This document shows, one piece after another, positions 5,728-16,037 of a stretch of 64,000 bases of DNA. Position numbers and translations under genes: made by a program. Positions within the stretch are counted from its first letter, which is position 1; each line of letters opens with the position of its first letter. The DNA comes from Thainema sp. (GTDB lineage: Bacteria; Cyanobacteriota; Cyanobacteriia; Phormidesmidales; Phormidesmidaceae): the NCBI GenBank assembly GCA_052168235.1, contig JBQLZK010000041.1:1-64000 (forward strand). Reading direction: 5' to 3'. Under the pieces are notes generated by a model, which saw only the letters and a list, made by a program, of their open reading frames with translations, was not told the origin of the DNA and ran no database searches.

Positions 5728-8469
5728 CTAGGTGTTCAAAGTTCTCTTTCTCTCGTGTCGCTGGTTCCGGCGGTTCTTCAAGCTTTCGACAATCTGACCG
5801 ATGATCAGCGGCACAAGACTGGTGCCCAGAATTAACAGCCAGCCGTTGACGCCAATAGCGACGGTTTGGAGGGCATCCGATAGTCCTGGCACGTAGACTG
5901 CAATCACTAGCAGAACCGTACAGAAGGCAAGTGCGCCCCAAACGTATTTATTCTGAGTGATTTCATTGCGGAATATACCCGTACCGGGTTCTCGCATATT
6001 AAACACGTGCCAGAGTCGCGTGAAGCCCAGAGAAATAAATGAAATGGTGGTCGCGGCTTCTTCGTCTAGTCCCAGCCACTGTCGCGCCAGCACGAATGAA
6101 CCTAAGATAGTGCCTGCAATGATTGCGCCATAGCCGACAATCCGAATCCAGTGCCGTCGCGCCAAAACCGACTCTTTGCGGCGACGAGGGGGCTGCTGCA
6201 TCAGTTGAGGCGTTCCTTCGCCGACCCCCAGCGCCAGGGCGGGAAAGGCATCGTTGACGACGTTGATATAGAGAATTTGAAGCGGTAGCAAGGGCAGCGG
6301 CGCATTGAGAATAGAGGCCAGACCCACGGCAATAATTTCGCCCAAATTACCGGACAGCAGATAGATAGTGAACTTACGAATATTGGTAAAAATAGCGCGA
6401 CCCTGCTCCACTGCCGCCACAATTGACGAAAAGGAATCGTCTTGCAGCACCATATCTGCCGCTTCTTTGGCAACTTCAGTACCCCGTTGCCCCATCGCGA
6501 TCCCAATATCGGCTTTTTTCAGTGCAGGCGCATCGTTCACGCCATCACCCGTCATTGCCACGACAGAACTATTTTGCTGATGCACCGCAATTAAATTCAG
6601 TTTGTCTTCTGGATTAACCCGCGCAAAAATCGGTGTTTCAATCAAACGCTGGCGCTGATCCGCAGGTAGCTGGTCAGCATTTTTCAGATCTTTACCCTGT
6701 AGCGCTTGAGTTGTGTTGTCTTCGACCAAACCAACGGCAACTCCAATGTTGCGAGCCGTGACCGCCTGATCTCCGGTCACCATAATCACACGGATGCCCG
6801 CATCTTGGCACTCCTGAATGGCATCGCGCACGGTTTGGCGCGGTGGATCAAGCAGTCCCACAACGCCTAAGAGCGTTAGATCTTGGTATGGATCGGCATC
6901 GGCTTGATTCGTCACTTTCTGGGCCAGTCCTAGAACCCGTAGTCCCTGAGCGGCAAGCTGATTCGCGCGATCGCGCCATTCCTGGCGCATAGCACTGGTC
7001 ATTTCGCGCAGGTCTGATTCGGTTCGCAGCGTAGTACAAGCTTCCAAAACCGCCTCTGGTGCGCCTTTCACCGCATAACGATAGGACTTATCTGCTGCTG
7101 AAGTATTGTGATGAACCGTCGCCATCATTTTAGTGTCTGGATCAAATGCCTCTTCCCGCACTTCCGGCGACTGCTCAAGCAGCGTATCCCTTGTGATATC
7201 GGCTTTTTTGCCCGCAATCAACAGGGCGACTTCCATCGGATCGCCAACTACGCGGCTCTCGTTTGAGCTTTCGGGTTGAAGAGCCGCATTATTGCACAGT
7301 ACACCCACTTCCAGCGCATCCCGCAGTATTGCGTGTTCCTGGGGCTGGATTTGCTGATTGTCCTGCTTAAATTCTCCTTTTGGCTCTAAACCTTCGCCAG
7401 TAATTTCAATCTGGCCTGCGGCGAGGGCTATTCGCGCCACCGTCATTTGGTTTTCGGTCAGCGTCCCCGTTTTATCGGTACAAATGACGCTGGTGGAGCC
7501 GAGAGTTTCAACCGCTGAGAGCTGGTTGATCAGGGCATTACGCTTGGCCATCCGCCACATGCCTCGCGCTAAGGCTACTGTCGCCACAATCGGTAAGCCC
7601 TCTGGCACTGCCGCCACCGAAAGCGCGATCGCAATTTCCACCATCAGCCGCAGTTCTCGACCCGCGATGATGCCCGCAACGGCGACGAGTGCCGCTACTG
7701 CAATCGTGATCCAGACCAGTTGGCGACCCAGCTTATCCAGTCGCTTTTCCAGCGGCGTTTGCTGCTCCATGCCTGCTTGTTCAGCTAGAGCAGAAATGTT
7801 GCCCAGCTCGGTTTCCATACCTGTGGCAACTACTACGCCCGCACCACTGCCGCGCGTTAGAGCTGTGCCTTTATAGAGCATGTTTTTGCGATCGGCTAAG
7901 GGCACTTCGTCTGCTTCGAGCGGGTCTAATGTCTTGCCCACGGGCACCGATTCACCTGTCAGTGACGACTCATTGACCTGCATTCTGGAGGCTTCCACCA
8001 CCCGCAGGTCGGCTCCAATCACGTCACCGCTGTCGAGGATGACAATATCGCCCGGAACGAGTTCTTCAACTGGAATTTCTTGGATTTTGCCGTTGCGACG
8101 CACCGCAACGCTAGGACTGCTCAGCTTTTGCAGCGACTGCATGGATTGGACGGCTCGATATTCTGAGAAGAAGCCGATGATGGTGTTAACTGCGATCGCA
8201 ATTAATACCGCAATTCCTTCGATCCATTGACCAAAGCTAAACGATAAAACCGCTGCAACGGCCAGAATCGCAATGATCAAGCTTTTGAACTGATCAATAA
8301 AAATCGACCAAGCGCTGCGCTGTTCGGCTTGCTCTAGCTGGTTTTTGCCAAACTGATTGAGGCGTTGCTGAGCGTCGGATTCTGATAAACCGTTGTCAAC
8401 ATCAACAGCAAGTTGTTTGAGAACTTGATCAACGGATTGCGTCCAAGGTCGATCGGGAGTCTGAACCAT
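5728..8469 (-). CDS. Cation-transporting P-type ATPase (P2A, Ca2+-type)
   Basis: TGES, PEGL, DKTGT, KGAPE, TGDGVNDAPAL motifs. Confidence 0.95.
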   Translation of the reverse strand: MVQTPDRPWTQSVDQVLKQLAVDVDNGLSESDAQQRLNQFGKNQLEQAEQRSAWSIFIDQFKSLIIAILAVAAVLSFSFGQWIEGIAVLIAIAVNTIIGFFSEYRAVQSMQSLQKLSSPSVAVRRNGKIQEIPVEELVPGDIVILDSGDVIGADLRVVEASRMQVNESSLTGESVPVGKTLDPLEADEVPLADRKNMLYKGTALTRGSGAGVVVATGMETELGNISALAEQAGMEQQTPLEKRLDKLGRQLVWITIAVAALVAVAGIIAGRELRLMVEIAIALSVAAVPEGLPIVATVALARGMWRMAKRNALINQLSAVETLGSTSVICTDKTGTLTENQMTVARIALAAGQIEITGEGLEPKGEFKQDNQQIQPQEHAILRDALEVGVLCNNAALQPESSNESRVVGDPMEVALLIAGKKADITRDTLLEQSPEVREEAFDPDTKMMATVHHNTSAADKSYRYAVKGAPEAVLEACTTLRTESDLREMTSAMRQEWRDRANQLAAQGLRVLGLAQKVTNQADADPYQDLTLLGVVGLLDPPRQTVRDAIQECQDAGIRVIMVTGDQAVTARNIGVAVGLVEDNTTQALQGKDLKNADQLPADQRQRLIETPIFARVNPEDKLNLIAVHQQNSSVVAMTGDGVNDAPALKKADIGIAMGQRGTEVAKEAADMVLQDDSFSSIVAAVEQGRAIFTNIRKFTIYLLSGNLGEIIAVGLASILNAPLPLLPLQILYINVVNDAFPALALGVGEGTPQLMQQPPRRRKESVLARRHWIRIVGYGAIIAGTILGSFVLARQWLGLDEEAATTISFISLGFTRLWHVFNMREPGTGIFRNEITQNKYVWGALAFCTVLLVIAVYVPGLSDALQTVAIGVNGWLLILGTSLVPLIIGQIVESLKNRRNQRHERKRTLNT

Positions 8470-8755
8470 GCGAGCTTCCTAACTATGGGCTGCGAAACAC
8501 CGTCGATATTAAACATGAGCTAAATAAAATTCATCTATACGATGGCTGAGATTTTGCATGCAGTTGCGATCGCGCATCACATTCAGCATTGAAATTCAGT
8601 ACTAAATCAATAAATCTCTGGCCTTAGATAGAAGCTTTTGCTGCACAATATCGCTAGCTTCAAGCTGTTTGAAATCTAAACTAAGTTGGTAGCCAATCAA
8701 CTTACATGGATGTGTTGACGCTAGTGCAGCGCATTGAAGCGTATCAAAGTAGTGC

Positions 8756-8787
8756 GGTGCGTTACGACTTCGCCTAACACGCCTTAC
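8756..8787 (-). repeat. GTAG-type REP element (inverted copy of 9175..9206)
   Basis: Reverse complement GTAAGGCGTGTTAGGCGAAGTCGTAACGCACC versus GTAGGGTGTGTTAGACGAAGCCGTAACGCATC. Confidence 0.7.
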
Positions 8788-8822
8788 AGCTCCAAAATAT
8801 CTATAGCTAATAAAAATACGTC

Positions 8823-9101
8823 ATGAATCCCTCAATTAATATTGAAAAAGCCCTGCTCGATCCCAGCAGCGTATTTGAAACTCCGGCAGAGGTGACTAAC
8901 GCTTCAGACCTAACGCGGGAGCAAAAGATCGAGATTCTACAGCGCTGGGAGTATGATGCCCGAGAGCTTCAGGTGGCAGCCGATGAAAATATGGGAGGTG
9001 ATGCAGGCGGTTTACTTAGCGATGTTTTGGCGGCATTACATCAATTGGGAGCGGGTGCAAACACCGACAATTCTCCACCCACCAAACAAGGTGGAAAATA
9101 A
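8823..9101 (+). CDS. Small hypothetical protein, divergent from the P-type ATPase
   Basis: 92-aa ORF (ALLDPSSVFETPAEV..LTREQKIEILQRWEYDARELQVAADENM) with protein-like composition. Confidence 0.8.
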   Translation: MNPSINIEKALLDPSSVFETPAEVTNASDLTREQKIEILQRWEYDARELQVAADENMGGDAGGLLSDVLAALHQLGAGANTDNSPPTKQGGK

Positions 9102-9115
9102 TCTGATAAAGTTCC

Positions 9116-9206
9116 GTAGGTTGGGTTGAGCAACGCGAAACCCAACAGCCGTGGTAACTAAATTAGGATAATTTGTAGGGTGTGTTAGACGAAGCCGTAA
9201 CGCATC
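9116..9206 (+). repeat. Two GTAG-type REP hairpins (9116..9147, 9175..9206)
   Basis: GTAGGTTGGGTT..AACCCAAC and GTAGGGTGTGTTA..TAACGCATC between convergent genes. Confidence 0.7.
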
Positions 9207-9254
9207 AATTCACAAAATTTTGATGCTGCGATCGCAATAATCCGACAACAATTT

Positions 9255-10172
9255 TCAACAGTCAACTCGACATAAATCCTCATAGGATAACTCCGAATTA
9301 TCCCAGTGCGTTTCCCGCAGAAACGTTTCAAAAGAAGTGAGCAATCCCGGAAATTCTGACTGAAGATTTTTTACGTTTGCTTGATATCCAGCATTGCGAT
9401 ACCACTGAATCAAATCAAATAATGTTTTACGACCGAAGAGTAGAAAGAGCCAGGCCGGAAGCTCCCGGTGCTTAACCGTTTGATCCTGTACTTGAGAAAA
9501 AGCCGTCGCCATTTGCTGAGGCGTTAATGCATCGCTTGCTAGCTCAATGGCCTGCCCAATGTAGTTATCACCATGCTGCATAACGTAAGCTGCAACTCGT
9601 CCAACATCTTTGACAGAGACCAGATGCAGCGGACGATCAGATTGTACTGAAAAGCGAAAGGTGCCGTTCAAAATGCTGGGCCGCGTGTATTTCTTCCAAA
9701 ACTCTTCCATAAACAAGCAGGAGCGCAGCATGGTTGTTGGCAGTCCCGCCTGCTGAAGGATCTGCTCGACCCGATATTTCTGCTCAATGTGACGAATGCC
9801 GGAGTCGCGATCTACTCCACCAGACGAGTTGTAGACCAAATGCCGAATCGAGCAGCGCTGCGCTGCCTGTGCCACTCGTTCAGCGCGCTCAACTTCGACC
9901 GGATCAGCTTGAGTATAGTCGCCCGCCGTGGCGTGGCAGTAGATATGGCTGACATCAGCAAACGCTGCTTCCAGAAATGTCAGATCGTCTAAATCCGCCT
10001 CGACTAGCTTGATCCCCAGTTGATCCAGTTGTGCGATCGCATCTCTGGATTTGTCTACCTTCCGCGTCATCACCCGCAGATTGGCCACTCCCTGATCCAG
10101 GAAACCTTGAATCGCCCGATAGCCTGTGCCACCCGTTGCCCCGATTAGCAGTACGTTATCTAGTTCGCTCAT
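9255..10172 (-). CDS. NmrA/HSCARG family NAD(P)-binding protein
   Basis: VLLIGATGGTG Rossmann motif, HLVYNSSGG, H..KYRVEQ. Confidence 0.9.
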   Translation of the reverse strand: MSELDNVLLIGATGGTGYRAIQGFLDQGVANLRVMTRKVDKSRDAIAQLDQLGIKLVEADLDDLTFLEAAFADVSHIYCHATAGDYTQADPVEVERAERVAQAAQRCSIRHLVYNSSGGVDRDSGIRHIEQKYRVEQILQQAGLPTTMLRSCLFMEEFWKKYTRPSILNGTFRFSVQSDRPLHLVSVKDVGRVAAYVMQHGDNYIGQAIELASDALTPQQMATAFSQVQDQTVKHRELPAWLFLLFGRKTLFDLIQWYRNAGYQANVKNLQSEFPGLLTSFETFLRETHWDNSELSYEDLCRVDC

Positions 10173-10193
10173 TGATCTAGGACTACCAAATGG

Positions 10194-12692
10194 CTATACA
10201 ATAACGCCTTCAGGATTGCGTTTTCCAGCGAGAGCCTCCAATTCTGCCGTCGTAAGTAGCTTTTCACTTGGAAGCTCTAGCACGCGAGCAGTTTCGGCCA
10301 GCACATGTGCCCAGGTTGAGCGGTTAATATACAACATCCCTAGATGATCGAGGGTGCCACCTTGATTCACGTAACCCAGGGTGGCTGAGCGTTCTGACCC
10401 CTTGAACAGCAGGTGCAGCGTACCAATCATCGGTTCGGGCCGAGTATGAGTCAAAAAGACGCGATTGGGGACAGACTGGGGATATAAATCCGCCACCAGT
10501 TGCGCCGAAGCCGCATGGGCAATCTCACCCGCATCACGGGGAGAGCGGAAGCGCCCCGGCTCTAGCATGTAAACCACCGTATGCGGAATGTCCCGCTCAG
10601 TCAGCCGCGCAGAAGCCTTCAGCACCTCATGTAGTTGATACGAGCCAATCGCCGTTAGTACCACCTGCTGCTCCATCGGTCGGTGCCCCACCCAGTCTAG
10701 TCTCAAGGCTCCCTGCTGGTACAGACACTGGGCATCTTCTGGTGTGAATAAATTAGCAATCTTGTCTCGCTTAGACACCACCATTGTCCAAAACTGACCG
10801 TGAGTTTGGTAAACCTGCTGCATCAGCGTAGCGGTGGTGTTGTAATCGGCAGCAAACATGACTCGCGACACATCAGAGGCTTCATTCAGCATCGCCTCCG
10901 CCATCATCGTATCTTGGTGGGACTGCTCGTTCTTGCCATTTTCCCAAGTGTGGGAGGTGAGTACCAGCGGCACCGATAGCCAGTTGCGCTCCTGCCCCAT
11001 TTGCTTTTGATGCTTGGCAAAGATAATTTCCTGCCGCATAATGCCGTGCATCTTTGCGCCAAAGGCTTCATAGGTGGCCATTAGGTTAATGCCAGCTTTG
11101 TTGCCCAGTGCTGCCGCTGCGATCGCTTCTTCATTCAGCGCCGTCACAACCTTACCGTAAACCTCTTCCGGTACGCCCTCTTCCGGATCAGTGACGCGGA
11201 ACTTCAGGTAGTTCAAGGTCTTCTTCAGCCGATTCGACATCATTTCGTCAGGATTGCCCACCCGAGGCCGCAGATGGGGATTGGCATCTAGAACCGCCAC
11301 AAACGTGTCATCCACTGCCGCCATTGGCTTTAGGTAGCTCCAGGAACTGCGATCGCACCGATCCTCTGGAACAGGTTGGAATTCCAGCGTTGGGATTTCT
11401 TTGAGATCCACCTGCCGATGAGCGAGGGGATGATCTTTTTCCTGCGGGCGATGGTCAGAGTCATGAGTCGTCAGCCGATCAACCGCTTCCTGTAGTTCAG
11501 CCTTGGGTACCCAGAGCCGACGTGTCCACTGGTTGAATTTGGCCGCCATTTCAATGTCCTTGCGGGGGCTGACATCTAGCGGTAAATCATGGGCTGGGTT
11601 GGTGCCTGCATTGACGAAGCCTGCACCCTTTTGGGCAACAGCAATTCCGTAGGGTAACGGCACGGGATAGTGGTCTTCTTCCGCTTCTACGGCTTGTCCT
11701 GCCGCCGCCAATCGCTGCTCCATTTCGAAGATTAGCCAGACAAACGCTGCCGGATCGGTGCCATCAATCACAATTGGATCAAAACTGTTGAGCTGGAGAT
11801 GACGCACCAGCCAGTCCGTGCCGCCCTTCTGGGCCATCGTGCTGCGCTGATCAATCCGGCGACCGTTGTTGATCATAATTGGCAAAATCGCGCCGCAGTC
11901 CTTACTGCGCCACCAGCGCGGTGCCCAATCGCTGCCCCGCTGTTCTTCAAACGCTCCGTCGCTGAGAAACGTCACTAGCGCTTCACCCGGCAGCGGCATG
12001 TGCATATACTCCAACTGCACAAAACCCAGATAGCCACCCTCGGCCATACCGCCTGCCGTGTGGGGATTAACGTGGCTCCCCAAGGGTGAATCCTGTTTAC
12101 CCTCGTCCGTCAGCTTATAGGAGTAAAAATCGCGCACGTAGCGGGTTAGCCCTTCATCCGTCAGCGAATAGCGCTCCGCATGGGCAGGCAGCATGTTGTC
12201 CACCAGCAGATTCAGCGAATCAATTGCCGCCACACAGTGCCCCTGACCCATAATCCAGGAGCGAGTTTGACGTGCGATCGCATTTGCTGCCAAGTACCCG
12301 CTGTAGGCAGGCACCATGTTTAATGAGCCACCCGTATGCCCCTCCGGCTTTTCTTTAAAGTCTTCCGGTTTCAGATCGCGCCCATCCAGATACACGTTGC
12401 GAGTGTAGACCTCATGCACCACCAGCCACATCCCAGCGCTGGCAACTCGATCTAATGCATAGAGCAGTTCGAAGAACTCCGTGCGGGTCAGTCCTTCTCG
12501 ATCGCCATCTTCAGAAGCCACACCCCCCACAGCAATCTGTTCAGCTAGCGAAAAGACACGGGCTTGAGTTTCTAAGCTGTGGCTGATCTGTCCATAACCA
12601 ACTGCCCAGCGTTCGGCAGCAGGATGTTTCTGACGATAGTTCTCAACCCAATCCGACTGGCGAAGGTTTGTAGCGGTTGCAGTTTGTGGCAT
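10194..12692 (-). CDS. Phosphoketolase family (XFP-like, ThDP-dependent) protein
   Basis: KPEGHTGGSLN, MGQGH, SHVNPHTAGGMAEGGYLG, SDGAFEE..NNG, NPDE..SNRL, LNEE, SHTWENGKNEQSHQD. Confidence 0.85.
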   Translation of the reverse strand: MPQTATATNLRQSDWVENYRQKHPAAERWAVGYGQISHSLETQARVFSLAEQIAVGGVASEDGDREGLTRTEFFELLYALDRVASAGMWLVVHEVYTRNVYLDGRDLKPEDFKEKPEGHTGGSLNMVPAYSGYLAANAIARQTRSWIMGQGHCVAAIDSLNLLVDNMLPAHAERYSLTDEGLTRYVRDFYSYKLTDEGKQDSPLGSHVNPHTAGGMAEGGYLGFVQLEYMHMPLPGEALVTFLSDGAFEEQRGSDWAPRWWRSKDCGAILPIMINNGRRIDQRSTMAQKGGTDWLVRHLQLNSFDPIVIDGTDPAAFVWLIFEMEQRLAAAGQAVEAEEDHYPVPLPYGIAVAQKGAGFVNAGTNPAHDLPLDVSPRKDIEMAAKFNQWTRRLWVPKAELQEAVDRLTTHDSDHRPQEKDHPLAHRQVDLKEIPTLEFQPVPEDRCDRSSWSYLKPMAAVDDTFVAVLDANPHLRPRVGNPDEMMSNRLKKTLNYLKFRVTDPEEGVPEEVYGKVVTALNEEAIAAAALGNKAGINLMATYEAFGAKMHGIMRQEIIFAKHQKQMGQERNWLSVPLVLTSHTWENGKNEQSHQDTMMAEAMLNEASDVSRVMFAADYNTTATLMQQVYQTHGQFWTMVVSKRDKIANLFTPEDAQCLYQQGALRLDWVGHRPMEQQVVLTAIGSYQLHEVLKASARLTERDIPHTVVYMLEPGRFRSPRDAGEIAHAASAQLVADLYPQSVPNRVFLTHTRPEPMIGTLHLLFKGSERSATLGYVNQGGTLDHLGMLYINRSTWAHVLAETARVLELPSEKLLTTAELEALAGKRNPEGVIV

Positions 12693-12854
12693 AGCAGACG
12701 CTCCTGCTCCAAAGGATCTACTCTGACCCTCAGACTAAAGCGTTTGATTCGCTGTATCCTCTGGCTAAGGGTCTACTGTTGCCACACAAGTTAACCTTCT
12801 GTACGGACAAATGACCATTCGCCTTTACCAGATGCGTAACATCACGACTTTTAC

Positions 12855-13007
12855 TAGACTTTATTGGAAATAAGGTTTTTCTCACATCTTGCACCAAAAC
12901 CCTTCTGGGTTCTCAAAGTGCAGGGTGCAAGATGTGAGTTTTTGGGGTTGAAAATTGTTTTGTAGCGCGGCTCCGCCGCGCTACAAAACAATTTTCGATA
13001 AAGTCTA
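12855..13007. mobile_element. MITE-like element with an internal hairpin, hosting a nested MITE
   Basis: Ends TAGACTTTATTGGAAAT / ATTTTCGATAAAGTCTA; internal hairpin GAAAATTGTTTTGTAGCGCGG..CCGCGCTACAAAACAATTTTC. Confidence 0.6.
12881..12938. mobile_element. MITE family A, copy 1 (58 bp, TSD TTTTT)
   Basis: TIR CTCACATCTTGCACC / GGTGCAAGATGTGAG. Confidence 0.8.
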
Positions 13008-13066
13008 CTATTTTTACTACTAATTGCTTCTCAGCACTCAGTCCTCAGTCCTAAAACTGACATCAA

Positions 13067-14656
13067 CTAAATAGGTTCCAGATGATTGATCGGTTGACAA
13101 TCATCAGTAGACTTGTCGTGAACAGTGGTTTGTGCTTGAGCAATTGCGCCATAGAGTGGGACAAAGCTTTCTAATAGCTGAATGTACAGCGGTAGAACTT
13201 TTTGGTATCGCTTCACATTTTCAGGATTGGGGCGATGGCGATATGTTTCACCGATCATGTCAGTTACACGCTCCAGGTTGGGGATTCGACCCAGGGCATA
13301 AAGACCTAAAACTGCTGCTCCAAAGCAAGAGCTTTCGTAGGTTTCGGGAATGGTGACCGCTCGATTGAACACATCGGCCAGCATTTGTCGCCATAGCGTA
13401 GACCGAGCAAATCCGCCTGTGGCCTGAATGCTGGTGGCTGTGCCAACCACATCCTGTAATGCCGCTAAAACCACATAGAGGTTATAAACAATCCCTTCTA
13501 GAACGGCGCGAATCAGATGCGCTTTGGTATGGTGCAAGGCGAGTCCGAAGAAACTGCCTCGGGCGTTGGCATCCCACAGCGGCGATCGCTCTCCGGCCAA
13601 GTAGGGATGGAAGATTAACCCTTCTGATCCGGCGGGCACCGTTTCTGCGATCGCAGTCAAAATATCATAGGGATCAGTTTTGAGCAGCTTCGCGGTATCA
13701 ACTTCTGCATCAGCGAGATTATCGCGTATCCAACGTAGAATAATGCCACCGTTGTTGATTGCGCCACCAATAACCCAGTGACTTTCAGTGAGAGCGTAGC
13801 AAAACAGTCGTTCTTTGGCATCGGTTTTAGGTCGATCCAGAACCGCTCGCACTGCGCCGCTAGTGCCTACTGTAATCGCCACGACATCCGCCGTGATTGC
13901 ACCCACGCCTAAATTGGCCAGCACTCCATCGCTTGCGCCCAGTACCACAGGGATATCTACGGGCAGTCCCATAAACTTTGCTGCTTCCGGTTTCATGCCA
14001 GTGAGGGCGTGAGTAGTAGGCACTAACCGCGACAGCCGTGCTGGCGTAATCTCTGCCAAAGCAAGAGCTTCTTGATCCCAGTCCAGTTCCTGCATATTGA
14101 ACATTCCCGTCGCATTAGCGATCGAGTAGTCCACAACGTATTCTCCAAACCAACGGTAGATTACGTACTCCTTGATGGAAATGAATTTGGCCGCCTGTTG
14201 AAATAGCTCTGGCTGGTCATGGCGCAGCCACATTAGCTTCAGGAGCGGCGACATGGGATGAATGGGTGTACCCGTGCGGGTATAGAGTGCATGGGCATCA
14301 CACATTTGCCGAATCTTGCTGACCCAAGGAACGCTGCGGCGATCGGCCCAGGTGATGCTGCGAGTTAAGGCTTGACCTTGGCGATCAACGGCGATCAGGC
14401 TGTGCATAGCCGTGCTGAAAGACAGACCAATCAGGGTTGACACACATGTTGGATTTTTCTGAATAACAAGCTGAATGCTGCGAACAACGGCTTGATAGAT
14501 CACCTCAGGCTCCTGCTCTTGCACCTCCGGCTGGGGCGACAGCAGCGGATAACCAATCGCATGCTGGTCGATCATTTCCCCACTGGAGCTGAACAGAACA
14601 ACCTTGGTGCTGGTTGTGCCAATGTCAATGCCGATAATGTATTCCAGTTTAGTCAT
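13067..14656 (-). CDS. gntK: Gluconokinase (FGGY family)
   Basis: IGIDIGTTSTK, FSTAMHSL, ITWADRR, TGTPIHPMSPL, FISIKEY, PYLAGERSP (Bacillus GntK type); adjacent to a GntP permease. Confidence 0.88.
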   Translation of the reverse strand: MTKLEYIIGIDIGTTSTKVVLFSSSGEMIDQHAIGYPLLSPQPEVQEQEPEVIYQAVVRSIQLVIQKNPTCVSTLIGLSFSTAMHSLIAVDRQGQALTRSITWADRRSVPWVSKIRQMCDAHALYTRTGTPIHPMSPLLKLMWLRHDQPELFQQAAKFISIKEYVIYRWFGEYVVDYSIANATGMFNMQELDWDQEALALAEITPARLSRLVPTTHALTGMKPEAAKFMGLPVDIPVVLGASDGVLANLGVGAITADVVAITVGTSGAVRAVLDRPKTDAKERLFCYALTESHWVIGGAINNGGIILRWIRDNLADAEVDTAKLLKTDPYDILTAIAETVPAGSEGLIFHPYLAGERSPLWDANARGSFFGLALHHTKAHLIRAVLEGIVYNLYVVLAALQDVVGTATSIQATGGFARSTLWRQMLADVFNRAVTIPETYESSCFGAAVLGLYALGRIPNLERVTDMIGETYRHRPNPENVKRYQKVLPLYIQLLESFVPLYGAIAQAQTTVHDKSTDDCQPINHLEPI

Positions 14657-14672
14657 GATGATGGGGAAGAAC

Positions 14673-16037
14673 TTACAAAAAGAAACTCAAGATCAGCACA
14701 ATGAGAAAGCCAACGCCCCCCACGATCGTTTCCATTACCGTCCAGGAGCGCAGCGTTTGTGCCTCCGACATATCAAAAAACTTGCCGACTAGCCAAAAAC
14801 CTGAGTCGTTGACGTGTGAGAGAACAGTCGCGCCACATGCGATCGCAATTGTGATGGCGGCAGTCATGGGTGCTGAATAATTGCCTAGCTCAATGGCTGG
14901 AGCCATTAGGCCTGCGGCTGTCACCATCGATACAGTTGCTGATCCTTGGCTGACTCGCACCAGTGTAGCAATGAGGAACGCGAGTAGAATAATCGGCAGA
15001 TTAGAGGCCGACATCACGTTGGCTAAGGCATCGCCGATGCCCGTTTCGACCAGAACGCGGCCAAAAACGCCACCTGCACCCGTGACCAGGATAATTAAAC
15101 CCACGGGTTCAAATGAGCGGCTGGCAATTCTCATGATGTTGCGTCGAGAGTAGCCTTGGCGAATACCCAAAAAATAAAATGCGAGTAACGATGCAATGAT
15201 CAATGCGGTAAATGGATGTCCAATTAGAGCAATCCAACTGCGTAAAAAGCTGTCTTCTGGCAAAACAACTTCAGAGACGGTATTCAGCAAAATCAATACC
15301 AAAGGTACCGCCAGAATAGTGATCACCATCCCAAAGGTTAAGGGAGCTTTGGCCGAATGATCAGCGGTGACAGCCTCAACTGGTGCTTCCTCAACCACAT
15401 TATCGCCTGGCGCTTCAATATGAATTTGCTTAGCGATATATTTACCGAAAATGATGCCACCGATAATCGTGGCCGGAATGCCAGAGATCAGGCCAAACAA
15501 GATAACCCAACCTAAATCAGCTCCTAACAATCCCGCTACGGCAACGGGGCCAGGTGTCGGCGGGATAAAGCTATGAGCTACCGCAATACCCGCTACTAAT
15601 GGAATTCCGTAATATAGAAGGGAACGCCCTGTACGACGTGCCATGTTATAAACCAGCGGGATAAATAAGATGAGGGCTACATCAAAAAAAACTGGGATTG
15701 CTACAATCAACCCAGTAAAACTTAAAGCCCAAGGAGCTTTATCTTCTCCTGCTTTCTTCAGTAGTGTATTTGAGATAATTTCTGCACCACCGGAAATCTG
15801 TAACATCTCACCAAATATGGCTCCTAAGCCGATGATGATAGCGATGTAGCCTAGCGTTCCTCCCATACCTTCTTGAATGACTCCAGCAATTTCTGAAGGT
15901 GGAATGCCGCCAATAACGGCGACGAATAGGCTGGCAATGAGTAGCGCAACAAAAGCTTGAATTCGGGCATAAATTACTAGAAAAAGAAGTAACGCTATGC
16001 CTAAAACAGCGATGAAAATTAGTGAAAAAGTAGGCAT
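14673..16037 (-). CDS. gntP: GntP/GntT family gluconate:H+ symporter
   Basis: IPVFFDV, HSFIPPTPGP, QGSATVS, SHVNDSGFW motifs. Confidence 0.9.
   Translation of the reverse strand: MPTFSLIFIAVLGIALLLFLVIYARIQAFVALLIASLFVAVIGGIPPSEIAGVIQEGMGGTLGYIAIIIGLGAIFGEMLQISGGAEIISNTLLKKAGEDKAPWALSFTGLIVAIPVFFDVALILFIPLVYNMARRTGRSLLYYGIPLVAGIAVAHSFIPPTPGPVAVAGLLGADLGWVILFGLISGIPATIIGGIIFGKYIAKQIHIEAPGDNVVEEAPVEAVTADHSAKAPLTFGMVITILAVPLVLILLNTVSEVVLPEDSFLRSWIALIGHPFTALIIASLLAFYFLGIRQGYSRRNIMRIASRSFEPVGLIILVTGAGGVFGRVLVETGIGDALANVMSASNLPIILLAFLIATLVRVSQGSATVSMVTAAGLMAPAIELGNYSAPMTAAITIAIACGATVLSHVNDSGFWLVGKFFDMSEAQTLRSWTVMETIVGGVGFLIVLILSFFL

Noticed and set aside
5228..5941. ORFs 5228..5443, 5364..5597 and 5456..5941
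   Set aside because: These are alternative frames over attC2, the PhnB-like pseudogene and the ATPase end.
6201..8516. Short ORFs overlapping the P-type ATPase, and similar ones inside other long genes
   Set aside because: Fully embedded in well-supported CDSs with no motifs of their own.
13030..13052. Heptamer repeat CTCAG(CA/TC) x3 as a functional element
   Set aside because: Too short; ordinary cyanobacterial short tandem repeat.
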